Origin: Natronohydrobacter sp. | GTDB taxonomy: Bacteria; Pseudomonadota; Alphaproteobacteria; Rhodobacterales; Rhodobacteraceae | Assembly (NCBI GenBank): GCA_007125005.1 | Contig: SLDY01000004.1 | Coordinates: 13,368-77,367, forward strand | Reading direction: 5' to 3' | DNA length: 64,000 nt | Shown here: positions 53,208 through 61,795 of the stretch, one piece after another | How positions within the stretch are numbered: the first letter of the stretch is position 1 | Layout of the letters: each line of letters starts with the position of its first letter | Program-made: the position numbers and the translations under genes | Notes under the pieces: generated by a model | Database searches by the model: none | Told to the model about the DNA's origin: nothing | The model's input: only the letters and a program-made list of their open reading frames with translations

Positions 53208-53621
53208 ATGTATGGACGTATCATCGTCGCAGTCGATCTCGAATATCTCGATCAGGCCAAGGCGCTTTTGGCCCGCGCGGCCGCACTGGTCGATGACGGT
53301 GGAGAGATCCGGCTGATCCATGTACTCGAAGAAGTGCCAGGATACATCGCCGCAGAATTACCCTCCGATCTCTCCGAACGCCGTCGCGCCGAAGCCGCAG
53401 TCGAGTTGCGCGCGATGATTGATCCAGCCACCGAGGTTCGGATCGAACATGAAGTGCGCCATGGCGCAGCGTCGGGCCAGATTCTGCAGGCGGCTGAGGA
53501 TTCCAGCGCCGATCTCATCATGATCGCGAGCCACAAGCCCGGCTTGCGTGATTATTTCATTGGCTCGACCGCTGCGCGCGTGATACGCCATGCTCAGTGC
53601 TCGGTGCTGGTAGAACGCTAA
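53208..53621 (+). CDS. Universal stress protein 1
   Basis: MYGRIIVAVDL...ADLIMIASHKPG..DYFIGSTAARVIRHAQCSVLV. Confidence 0.94.
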   Translation: MYGRIIVAVDLEYLDQAKALLARAAALVDDGGEIRLIHVLEEVPGYIAAELPSDLSERRRAEAAVELRAMIDPATEVRIEHEVRHGAASGQILQAAEDSSADLIMIASHKPGLRDYFIGSTAARVIRHAQCSVLVER

Positions 53622-53643
53622 AATCAATAAAAAGGAAGACATC

Positions 53644-54060
53644 ATGTATTCGTCAATCGTGATCGCTGCAGCTCTGTTCAACGAAGGGGCTACCACACGC
53701 GCTGCTCTCCAGAAGGCTAAATCGCTTCTGGATAAAGGCGGAAAGATTACGCTCGTCCATGTCATCGATGAAGTGCCGGGATATGTCGCGGCCTCGATTC
53801 CCAAAGAGCATATGACCGCCCGGCGTCGTGAAGTCGAAGAGCAACTGGAGGCGATTGCCGCAGAGGCCAGCGGGCTGAATGTCCAAAGCGTGATCCGCGA
53901 AGGCCAACCGTCCGCCTCGATCCTCGGCGCAGCAAAAGAGGCCGATGCTGATCTGATCATGATCGCAAGCCACAAGCCGGGCCTGAGCGATTATTTCATC
54001 GGCTCCACCGCCGCCCGTATTGTGCGTCATGCTCCGGTTTCGGTTCTCGTGACCCGCTGA
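53644..54060 (+). CDS. Universal stress protein 2
   Basis: Same C-terminal USP signature. Confidence 0.94.
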   Translation: MYSSIVIAAALFNEGATTRAALQKAKSLLDKGGKITLVHVIDEVPGYVAASIPKEHMTARRREVEEQLEAIAAEASGLNVQSVIREGQPSASILGAAKEADADLIMIASHKPGLSDYFIGSTAARIVRHAPVSVLVTR

Positions 54061-54082
54061 ATCCGCTCTTCCAACGTTACCG

Positions 54083-54110
54083 ACGGTCGGGACGGCTATG
54101 TCCCGATCGT
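54083..54110. other. 11-bp intergenic hairpin without U-tail
   Basis: ACGGTCGGGAC-ggctat-GTCCCGATCGT. Confidence 0.55.
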
Positions 54111-54194
54111 ATGGTTGCCTCAAGGGCATAGCTGTGCGATGGTCCTTCCAAAGCGGTTCGGAAGAATATCGCGCAAACCCAAAAGGGAGAGATC

Positions 54195-54611
54195 ATGTAT
54201 AAATCCATTGTTATCGCTGTTGCTCTTTTCAACAAAGGCGCGACGAGTCGTACGCTGATCGAGAAAGCAAACAAGCTCATTGACCAAGGTGGAAGTATTA
54301 CGCTTGTGCATGTGCTCGACGAAGTACCGACCTATCTCAGCGCTGCTGTTGCGCGCGAACAGCTCATGGCGCATCGCAAAGCGATCCGTGAACAGCTTGA
54401 AGCCCTCGCTTCTCGCGTAAAGGCCAAGAATGTTGATATCGATATTCGCGGTGGTCGACCTTCAGAGAATATTCTTGCCTCTGCACGAGACTGCAATGCC
54501 GATCTGATCATGATTACAAGCCATAAGCCTGGGATGAGCGATTATTTCATCGGATCCACGGCTGCTCGTGTGGTTCGGCATTCCGAGATTTCGGTGTTGG
54601 TCACCCGCTGA
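54195..54611 (+). CDS. Universal stress protein 3
   Basis: Same C-terminal USP signature. Confidence 0.94.
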   Translation: MYKSIVIAVALFNKGATSRTLIEKANKLIDQGGSITLVHVLDEVPTYLSAAVAREQLMAHRKAIREQLEALASRVKAKNVDIDIRGGRPSENILASARDCNADLIMITSHKPGMSDYFIGSTAARVVRHSEISVLVTR

Positions 54612-54698
54612 CGGAAAAACACGGCCAGATGCCGCGATCCGGCCTTTCCTCTGCCGCCGAGGCGGTTATCTGAGGATGGAATTCAGAAGAGGCAGGCC

Positions 54699-56735
54699 AT
54701 GTCGGAAGCTTTGGTAATCTTCACACCCTCGGGTAAACGTGGGCGTTTTGCGCTTGGAACCCCTGTGCTCACCGCAGCCCGACAACTGGGGGTGGACCTC
54801 GATTCGGTCTGCGGCGGGCGGGGTATCTGCTCGAAATGTCAGATCTCGCCGGGCTACGGCGCCTTTTCAAAACATGGGGTCACAGTCGCGCCGGATGCAC
54901 TTTCGGAGTGGAATGCAGTCGAACAGCGCTACAAGGAAAAGCGCGGGCTGATCGATGGCCGCCGCCTTGGGTGTCAGGCGAAGATCATGGGCGATGTCGT
55001 GATTGACGTGCCACCTGAAAGCCAGGTCCACCGGCAGGTTGTACGCAAGGCCGCGACAGCCCGTGCGATCACGATGGACCCCGCCACGCGGCTTTATTTC
55101 GTCGAGGTGGAAGAGCCTGACATGCACGAGCCTTCGGGCGATTTCGAGCGGCTCGCCAAGGCATTACGCAGCGAGTGGGATGTGCCAGAGATAGCAGGTG
55201 GACTTGATGTGCTGCGTAAGCTGCAGCCTACGCTGCGAGAGGGCAAGTGGCGCGTAACTGTTGCACTGCACAAGGACCATCACGCTGGGCCGCATCGCCT
55301 GCTTGATATCTGGCCGGGGCTTTATGAAGGCGGGCTTTACGGGCTGGCAATCGATCTCGGTTCGACCACCATCGCTGCGCATCTTTGCGATCTACGTACA
55401 GGGGATGTGGTGCTCTCTTCGGGCATCATGAACCCGCAGATCCGCTTTGGCGAGGATTTGATGAGCCGGGTGAGCTATGCGATGATGAACCCCGGGGGCG
55501 ATCAGGAGATGACCCGCACAGTACGCGAGGGCATGGATACGCTGATCACCGAAATTGCCCGCGAGGCAGATATCAGCACACGAGAGATCATGGAAGCAGT
55601 GATCGTGTGCAACCCGGTCATGCATCACCTATTGCTCGGGATAGACCCGGTGGAACTTGGCCAAGCCCCCTTTGCGCTTGCAACTTCTGATGCGCTGAAC
55701 CTTGATGTGCGCGAATTGGGAATAAGTGCCGTGAATCCTGCGGCGCGCGCTTATCTGTTACCCTGCATCGCAGGCCATGTAGGTGCAGATGCAGCCGCTG
55801 TGGCGCTTTCAGAATCGCCCGAGACATCAGAGGACCTGGTGCTCGTTGTAGATGTCGGCACCAACGCCGAGATCCTGCTTGGCAACAAATACAGGGTGCT
55901 TGCCTGCTCTTCCCCCACTGGGCCAGCCTTTGAGGGCGCGCAGATATCTTCTGGCCAGCGCGCCGCCCCCGGTGCAATTGAGCGGATCGAGATTGATCCT
56001 GTCACGAAGGAGCCGCGCTTTCGCGTGATCGGTTGTGATTTATGGTCGGATGAAGCTGGCTTCACTGAGGCTACTGCGGAAACAGGCATTACCGGAATAT
56101 GCGGCTCGGGCATTATCGAGGCCGTTGCAGAGATGCGCATGGCAGGGCTTGTGGATGGCTCCGGGCTGATCGGATCAGCCGAGCAGACCGGTACCTGGCG
56201 CTGCCAACCAGAAGGGCGTACCCATGCCTATCTGATCCATGACGCAAGTGCCAAGGGCGGGCCGCGCATCACCGTGACGCAAGGCGATATCCGTGCGATC
56301 CAGCTTGCAAAATCCGCACTTTATGCGGGTGCACGCCTGTTGATGGACGAAATCGGCACAGATCACGTGGATCGCGTCGTTCTTGCAGGAGCTTTCGGTG
56401 CGCATATCAGCCCTAAGCATGCGATGGTTCTGGGCATGATACCGGATGCCGCACTCGATAAGGTTACAAGCGCAGGCAACGCTGCGGGTACAGGCGCACG
56501 GATTGCGCTGTGCAATGCAACTGCACGCGCCGGGATAGAAGCCACTGTGCGACGTATCCACAAGGTCGAGACAGCCATTGAACCGCGTTTTCAGGAACAT
56601 TTCGTCAATGCCAACGCCTTGCCCCACGCGATCGATCCGTTCCCGGAATTGAACCAGATCGTCACCCTGCCCGCGCTGAGCTTCAACACGGGTGACGGCG
56701 ATGGCGGACGGCGTAAACGGCGGCGCAGTGCATGA
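54699..56735 (+). CDS. 2Fe-2S/ASKHA (DUF4445) protein, RACo/RamA-like reductive activator of corrinoid proteins
   Basis: CGGRGICSKC...LGCQ ferredoxin; AIDLGSTT, DVGTNAE, GPAFEG, GICGSG, TQGDIRAIQLAK. Confidence 0.9.
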   Translation: MSEALVIFTPSGKRGRFALGTPVLTAARQLGVDLDSVCGGRGICSKCQISPGYGAFSKHGVTVAPDALSEWNAVEQRYKEKRGLIDGRRLGCQAKIMGDVVIDVPPESQVHRQVVRKAATARAITMDPATRLYFVEVEEPDMHEPSGDFERLAKALRSEWDVPEIAGGLDVLRKLQPTLREGKWRVTVALHKDHHAGPHRLLDIWPGLYEGGLYGLAIDLGSTTIAAHLCDLRTGDVVLSSGIMNPQIRFGEDLMSRVSYAMMNPGGDQEMTRTVREGMDTLITEIAREADISTREIMEAVIVCNPVMHHLLLGIDPVELGQAPFALATSDALNLDVRELGISAVNPAARAYLLPCIAGHVGADAAAVALSESPETSEDLVLVVDVGTNAEILLGNKYRVLACSSPTGPAFEGAQISSGQRAAPGAIERIEIDPVTKEPRFRVIGCDLWSDEAGFTEATAETGITGICGSGIIEAVAEMRMAGLVDGSGLIGSAEQTGTWRCQPEGRTHAYLIHDASAKGGPRITVTQGDIRAIQLAKSALYAGARLLMDEIGTDHVDRVVLAGAFGAHISPKHAMVLGMIPDAALDKVTSAGNAAGTGARIALCNATARAGIEATVRRIHKVETAIEPRFQEHFVNANALPHAIDPFPELNQIVTLPALSFNTGDGDGGRRKRRRSA

Positions 56736-56773
56736 AAAAAAGCCCGGATGCCATGATGAGCATCCGGGCTTTT
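56735..56773. terminator. Bidirectional terminator
   Basis: A7-GCCCGGATGC-N8-GCATCCGGGC-TTTT between convergent genes. Confidence 0.88.
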
Positions 56774-56790
56774 CTTAACAGTCAATGATG

Positions 56791-57462
56791 TCAGTTGCCT
56801 GCCATCTCGCGCAGACGATCCACGACCTGCTGCAACAATTCGGGATTTTCGCCAGCGGCTTGCAGCAGCCCTTCGATAATCCCGCGCTCTGCGACATTTA
56901 GCCCAGCGGCATCAATTTGCGCACGGATTGCATCGATTGACAGATCAAGGCCCAGATCCTGAACTTCAAGAGCCTCTTCAACGACTTCCGCTGTTTCTGC
57001 AGCAGCTTCGGGCGAAAGCTCTCCCTCTGCTTCGATCATCGCGTCTTGGAGCGCCTCTTCGCTGCCTGCTTCTGCAGCGTTATCGCCAATGATGTCTTCA
57101 ACCGCACTTTCCACAGATTCGGCTGTCGAATCTACGGCACCCTCTACAGCTTCTTCAGCAGCCTCTTCCGCCTCTTCCGCCACTTCTTCCAGGATTTCTG
57201 CCTCGCTCACCGGTTCTTCAATGGCGGCCTCTTCCTCAGGTGCAGCTTCCTCGACCGGCGCGTCTTCAGCAGGGGCCTCTTCCTCGATCACATCGGGCTC
57301 AATGATTTCGGGCTCGACGATCTCCGGCTCGGCAATTTCAGGCTCCGGTGCAGTATCGACAGCTGGTTCAATAACCTCTGGGGCCTGACGCGACTGAATC
57401 CCGAGCCATATACCAACTGCGGCAACAGCAGCCGCTATAACTACAAGAAGGGACTTGTTCAT
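56791..57462 (-). CDS. Membrane-anchored, highly acidic low-complexity hypothetical protein
   Basis: N-terminal TM (LLVVIAAAVAAVGIWLGI), EPE repeats, helical C-terminus ...NPELLQQVVDRL. Confidence 0.8.
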   Translation of the reverse strand: MNKSLLVVIAAAVAAVGIWLGIQSRQAPEVIEPAVDTAPEPEIAEPEIVEPEIIEPDVIEEEAPAEDAPVEEAAPEEEAAIEEPVSEAEILEEVAEEAEEAAEEAVEGAVDSTAESVESAVEDIIGDNAAEAGSEEALQDAMIEAEGELSPEAAAETAEVVEEALEVQDLGLDLSIDAIRAQIDAAGLNVAERGIIEGLLQAAGENPELLQQVVDRLREMAGN

Positions 57463-57588
57463 GGTTCCATCCTTCTGAACACTAACTCCATGACGGCGGC
57501 TATGCCAGAAATGTTTCTGGTTGCAAAGCCAAGTCTTGATTTGACGCAGGAACAAGCATGTTATCGCGAGAACAGATCATCTTGGCGC

Positions 57589-57617
57589 TTGAATCACTCA
57601 TGACGCGCAATTAATGT
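57589..57617 (+). promoter_or_regulatory. Putative sigma70 promoter of infC
   Basis: TTGAAT-N17-TAATGT. Confidence 0.6.
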
Positions 57618-57652
57618 GTGTCACCGTTCATAACAGTAAAAGGAAGACTCCC

Positions 57653-58192
57653 ATAGCTCGCAGACCGCATAATGCCCCGCCGCAACGAGACACCGGACCG
57701 CGCGTCAATGATCGCATTCGCGCGCCAGAGATACGGCTTATCGGGGCCGAAGGTGAAAATCTGGGGGTTGTAAAACCCTCGCAAGCGCTCATTCTTGCCG
57801 AAGAAGCCGGGCTCGACCTCGTCGAAATCTCGCCAAATGCAACCCCGCCGGTCTGCAAGATCATGGATTTCGGCAAATACAAATATGAGGTGCAGAAACG
57901 CGAGGCCGAAGCGCGGAAAAAGCAAAAGATCATTGAAATCAAGGAAGTGAAATTCCGGCCAAACACTGACACGCATGACTATGGCGTTAAGATGCGCAAC
58001 GTGATCCGCTTTCTCGAAGCAGGCGATAAGGTGAAGGTGACCTTACGGTTTCGGGGCCGCGAGATGGCGCATCAGAATATCGGCGCAGAGCTTCTCAACC
58101 GTGTTGCCGACGATATCGCAGAGATCGGCAAGGTCGAGAACATGCCCAAGATGGAAGGCCGCCAGATGATCATGATGATCGCACCGCGCTGA
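57653..58192 (+). CDS. infC: Translation initiation factor IF-3 (predicted AUA start)
   Basis: [44 protein letters not shown]; AGGAAG-N6-ATA. Confidence 0.96.
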   Translation: MARRPHNAPPQRDTGPRVNDRIRAPEIRLIGAEGENLGVVKPSQALILAEEAGLDLVEISPNATPPVCKIMDFGKYKYEVQKREAEARKKQKIIEIKEVKFRPNTDTHDYGVKMRNVIRFLEAGDKVKVTLRFRGREMAHQNIGAELLNRVADDIAEIGKVENMPKMEGRQMIMMIAPR

Positions 58193-58215
58193 GTGACCTG
58201 ACAGTCGCACGGATC

Positions 58216-58244
58216 GCCCGCCAGAAATGACTGGCGGGCTTTTT
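58216..58244 (+). terminator. Terminator after infC
   Basis: GCCCGCCAG-aaatga-CTGGCGGGC-TTTTT. Confidence 0.88.
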
Positions 58245-58258
58245 CGTGTAAGAACCGG

Positions 58259-58558
58259 TCAAGATGGCACGCCCTGCGCCGGGAACGCCTCGTCGAGCGC
58301 CTCGAATGCGCTGCCATTAGCCAAAACACACATGCGGCCATCTGGCAGCGTGACAGTGATTGTCCAACGCGTTGTTTCAGGATCGACAAACATCTCCATC
58401 ACAACGTGACCAGCGAGCCCTATGGCATTGCGGGATTGGGCCTGATCTGCAAGCACTCGCAATACCCTCTCGCGCGGCGCGCATTGCAGGCTTTGAGCCG
58501 CAAGCGGCTGCGCAGCAACACTGAAGACGAGTGCAGAGGCAAGGCAAAAACGGCGCAT
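58259..58558 (-). CDS. Small secreted hypothetical protein with two Cys
   Basis: Signal peptide ending AQPLAA, then QCAPRERV...WTITVTLPDGRMCVLANG. Confidence 0.72.
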   Translation of the reverse strand: MRRFCLASALVFSVAAQPLAAQSLQCAPRERVLRVLADQAQSRNAIGLAGHVVMEMFVDPETTRWTITVTLPDGRMCVLANGSAFEALDEAFPAQGVPS

Positions 58559-58670
58559 CGGACTTTTCCTTTCGGGCATGAGGCGGTTTGTCGTAATGTC
58601 GCATAGCTCTCCCAAAACAGCGTTAACGCAGCGTTCGCCTGATCTGCCGGGGATAAAACACACCTGACTT

Positions 58671-58683
58671 GCTGCAATGCAGC
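58671..58683. promoter_or_regulatory. PhaR-like box upstream of mcl2
   Basis: Perfect GCTGC-AAT-GCAGC. Confidence 0.55.
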
Positions 58684-58749
58684 GTTTCCCCTCTTGCCAT
58701 TTCTGTCTTAGAATGCTGCACATCCGAAAGATAATTACGAGGAAGACTC

Positions 58750-59616
58750 ATGGACACGCGCCCGTTTCGTTCGGTTCTCTATATTCCCGGCTCCAAGGAG
58801 CGCGCTTTGGCAAAGGCGACCGGGCTCAATGCAGATGCAATTATTTTTGATCTGGAAGATGCGGTGGCGATCGACGAGAAGGCTAGCGCGCGAAAATTGC
58901 TGACCGAAACCTTGCAGAGCCTCGATTATGGCAGCCGCGCGAAACTCATCCGGATCAACGCGCTCACAACAGAATGGGGCACAGCGGATCTGGAGGTGAT
59001 CGCAACTGCTCGACCAGAAGCGATCCTTCTGCCCAAGGTGGACACAGCAGCGCAGGTCGAAGCGCTAGCACGCCTGCTTGATGCCCGGCCAGAAACCGCC
59101 GAGACGCGCATTTGGGCGATGATGGAATCCCCCCTTGGCGTTTTGAACGCGCATGCGATTGCGACTGCACCGCGCGTAGCCGGTTTCATCATGGGCACAA
59201 ATGATTTGGCGAAAGATATGGGCTGCCGGTTTCGGCCTGATCGCCTGCCCCTGATTACTGCGCTGCAACTTCCGCTGATCGCGGCCAAAGCCGCGGGGAT
59301 CTTGGCGGTGGATGGGGTTTATAACGCCTTTAAGGATGACGATGGGCTGCGAAGTGAATGCGAACAGGGTCGTGATTTGGGCTTTGACGGCAAGACACTT
59401 ATCCATCCGGCACAGCTTGCCATCGCCAATGAAGTCTTTGCGCCCAGTGAAGCCGAAATCGACCTCGCACGCCGCCAGATCGCGGCCTTTGACGCGGCCA
59501 CTGCGCGTGGCGAAGGCGTGGCCGTGGTGGATGGAAAGATCGTCGAGAATCTGCATATTGTGACGGCAAGACAAATCCTTGGGAAAGCCCGCGCCATTGC
59601 GGAATTGACGGAGTAG
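58750..59616 (+). CDS. mcl2: CitE-family CoA ester lyase, (3S)-malyl-CoA thioesterase type
   Basis: RPFRSVLYIPGSKERAL, IFDLEDAV, MGTNDL, GFDGKTLIHP, GKIVENLH; matches my recollection of Rhodobacter Mcl2. Confidence 0.82.
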   Translation: MDTRPFRSVLYIPGSKERALAKATGLNADAIIFDLEDAVAIDEKASARKLLTETLQSLDYGSRAKLIRINALTTEWGTADLEVIATARPEAILLPKVDTAAQVEALARLLDARPETAETRIWAMMESPLGVLNAHAIATAPRVAGFIMGTNDLAKDMGCRFRPDRLPLITALQLPLIAAKAAGILAVDGVYNAFKDDDGLRSECEQGRDLGFDGKTLIHPAQLAIANEVFAPSEAEIDLARRQIAAFDAATARGEGVAVVDGKIVENLHIVTARQILGKARAIAELTE

Positions 59617-59621
59617 GCAGA

Positions 59622-60179
59622 ATGGGAAATCTGATTCTTGTCGTTGGCGTTGCACTGTGGAGTGGCGCACATCTCTTGAAGCGCCTATCGCCCGAGCGCC
59701 GCGCCGTAATGGGCGAAGCTGGCAAGGGCGCGGTGGCATTGGCACTTATCGCGTCAATCGTGCTGATGACGATCGGTTACAAGATGGCCGATCCGATCTG
59801 GCTCTGGGTGACGCCAAGCTGGATGGTACATCTGAATAACCTTCTGGTTTTTCTCGGCTTCTACCTGTTTGCGGTGTCAGGCTTGCAAACGAGGCTGCAC
59901 CAGCGCATCCGCCATCCGCAGCTTTCCGGTTTCAAGGCGTGGGCTGTGGCGCATCTTCTCGTGGTCGGAACAGTTCAGGGAGTGATTCTCTTTGGCGGGC
60001 TTCTGGCATGGGCTGTTGTATCGGTGATCCTTATCAACCGCACAGAGCGGGAATGGAAGCGCCCACCAGAGGCCGCAATGTGGAAGGAAGGTGTGGCCCT
60101 GATAGGTGCGCTCTTTGCGATGCTGATTGTCGGGCAGATCCATGGCTGGCTGGGACCATGGCCATTTGGAGGCGCGTGA
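59622..60179 (+). CDS. NnrU-family membrane protein
   Basis: LWSGAHLLKR, RHPQLSGFK.WAVAHLLV.G. Confidence 0.88.
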   Translation: MGNLILVVGVALWSGAHLLKRLSPERRAVMGEAGKGAVALALIASIVLMTIGYKMADPIWLWVTPSWMVHLNNLLVFLGFYLFAVSGLQTRLHQRIRHPQLSGFKAWAVAHLLVVGTVQGVILFGGLLAWAVVSVILINRTEREWKRPPEAAMWKEGVALIGALFAMLIVGQIHGWLGPWPFGGA

Positions 60180-60382
60180 TGCAGGTTTATCGCTTGCTGA
60201 CGGGAGAGGACACTTCCGCTTTCTGTCATAAGGTAACCGAAGCGCTGGCCAAGGGGTGGGAGCTTTATGGAAGCCCGGCCTATGCTTTTGACGCAACGAG
60301 CGGGAAGATGCGCTGCGCACAGGCTGTGGTGAAAGAGGCAGAGGTGACCTATTCGCCCGAGCTAAAGCTCGGAAGCCTTTAA
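60179..60382 (+). CDS. DUF1737 small protein
   Basis: YRLLTGEDTSAFCHKVTEALAKGWELYGSP...CAQAVVKE. Confidence 0.85.
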   Translation: MQVYRLLTGEDTSAFCHKVTEALAKGWELYGSPAYAFDATSGKMRCAQAVVKEAEVTYSPELKLGSL

Positions 60383-60387
60383 GAAAA

Positions 60388-60436
60388 TGGGGGCTGCCGC
60401 CCCCAAACCCCCGCGAGTATTTCTGGCAAGATGAAA
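60388..60436. repeat. REP-like extragenic palindromic element
   Basis: GGGGGC-TGCC-GCCCCC-AAACCCCCGCGAGTATTTCTGGCAAGATGAAA; resembles a repeat I recall from Rhodobacteraceae intergenic DNA; single clear copy here. Confidence 0.55.
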
Positions 60437-60445
60437 AGGCAGGTC

Positions 60446-61474
60446 ATGAGCAAGACGAATTCGGGTCACTTTTTTGAGGATTATCAGATCGGTCAGGTGA
60501 TCCCGCATGCCGTGCCGCGTACCATTTCGGGCGGAGAGCGGGCGCTTTATCATGCACTCTATCCGGCGCGCGGGGCACTTTATTCCTCTGATGAATTTGC
60601 CCGGGATTGCGGCTTGCCTGCCAGCCCGGTCGATGATCTGATCGCGTTTCATGTGGTGTTCGGGAAATCCGTGCCCGATATCAGCCTCAATGCCGTGGCG
60701 AATCTGGGTTATGCCGAAGGACGGTTTCACGCGCCGGTCTATCCGGGTGATACCTTGGTCAGCTCCTCCAAAGTGATCGGGCTGAAACAGAATTCGAACG
60801 GGAAGTCCGGAGTGGTCTGGGTACGCACGCGCGGAGTGAACCAAACCGGCCAATTGGTGCTGGACTATGTGCGCTGGGTGATGGTGCGCAAGCGCAACCT
60901 TGACGCGCCTGCCCCTGAGTCTGTGGTTCCCGAACTTGCAGCAGTTGTTAAAGCGGCTGATCTGATTGTGCCAGCGGGGCTGGATTTCACTGGATATAAC
61001 TTCAACCTTGCGGGCGAGCGGCATCGTTGGGGGGATTATACGCGAGGGGAGCGCATTGACCATGTGGATGGTGTTACCATCGAGGAGGCCGAGCATATGC
61101 TTTCCACGCGGTTGTGGCAGAACACCTCGAAAGTTCATTTCGACAACACGCAGCGACCAGATGGCAAGCGGCTGATATATGGCGGTCATGTGATCTCGAT
61201 GGCGCGGGCGCTGTCCTTCAACGGGTTGGCGAACGCCCAGATGATTGTTGCGATCAACGCCGGCGCGCATGCAAATCCATGTTTTGCAGGTGATACAGTG
61301 CGCGCATGGTCGGAGGTGCTCGATTGTGCCGAGACTGAAGCACCAGGGGTTGGTGCCCTGCGCCTGAGACTTGTCGCGACAAAAGGGACTGCGGGGATGC
61401 TGCACGGTGAAGACGGCAAATATCATTCGGATGTTTTGCTCGATTTCGATTATTGGGCACTGGTTCCAATGTGA
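60446..61474 (+). CDS. mch: Mesaconyl-CoA hydratase (double MaoC)
   Basis: FFEDY...HAVPRTISGGERALYHALYP, VPDISLNAVANLGYAE, NTSKVHFD, YGGHVISMARALSFNGLAN. Confidence 0.88.
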   Translation: MSKTNSGHFFEDYQIGQVIPHAVPRTISGGERALYHALYPARGALYSSDEFARDCGLPASPVDDLIAFHVVFGKSVPDISLNAVANLGYAEGRFHAPVYPGDTLVSSSKVIGLKQNSNGKSGVVWVRTRGVNQTGQLVLDYVRWVMVRKRNLDAPAPESVVPELAAVVKAADLIVPAGLDFTGYNFNLAGERHRWGDYTRGERIDHVDGVTIEEAEHMLSTRLWQNTSKVHFDNTQRPDGKRLIYGGHVISMARALSFNGLANAQMIVAINAGAHANPCFAGDTVRAWSEVLDCAETEAPGVGALRLRLVATKGTAGMLHGEDGKYHSDVLLDFDYWALVPM

Positions 61475-61795
61475 TTGCGCGTTCAATCGCCTCGCATCTG
61501 CAACGATCAAGGCATATATGACGAAGCAAAAAGGCTCTTGCTTGATGGCAGGAACTACTGGTGTTCCGGCGCAGGGACATGCTCGGCCTTTTCACTTGGC
61601 TTCTGACAGGCGACAGAATTGACGGAAAAGCACAGCTCGTCTGTTTGGAGCACAATATTTCGGTAAGAGCCGTGTTAGAGGATTGAGGTAACCCCGCGAA
61701 GCAGGTGAGCGCAGCATCCCTGCGGTTGACGCTTGGCGCATGTTTCGCCGCCCATGATTCCTTTTGGGCTGTGTTTGTTTTGGGCAGTATGATTT

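Noticed and set aside
61519-61622. Short ORFs in the mch-sdhC gap
   Set aside because: About 34 aa, no SD and no motif; more likely regulatory DNA.
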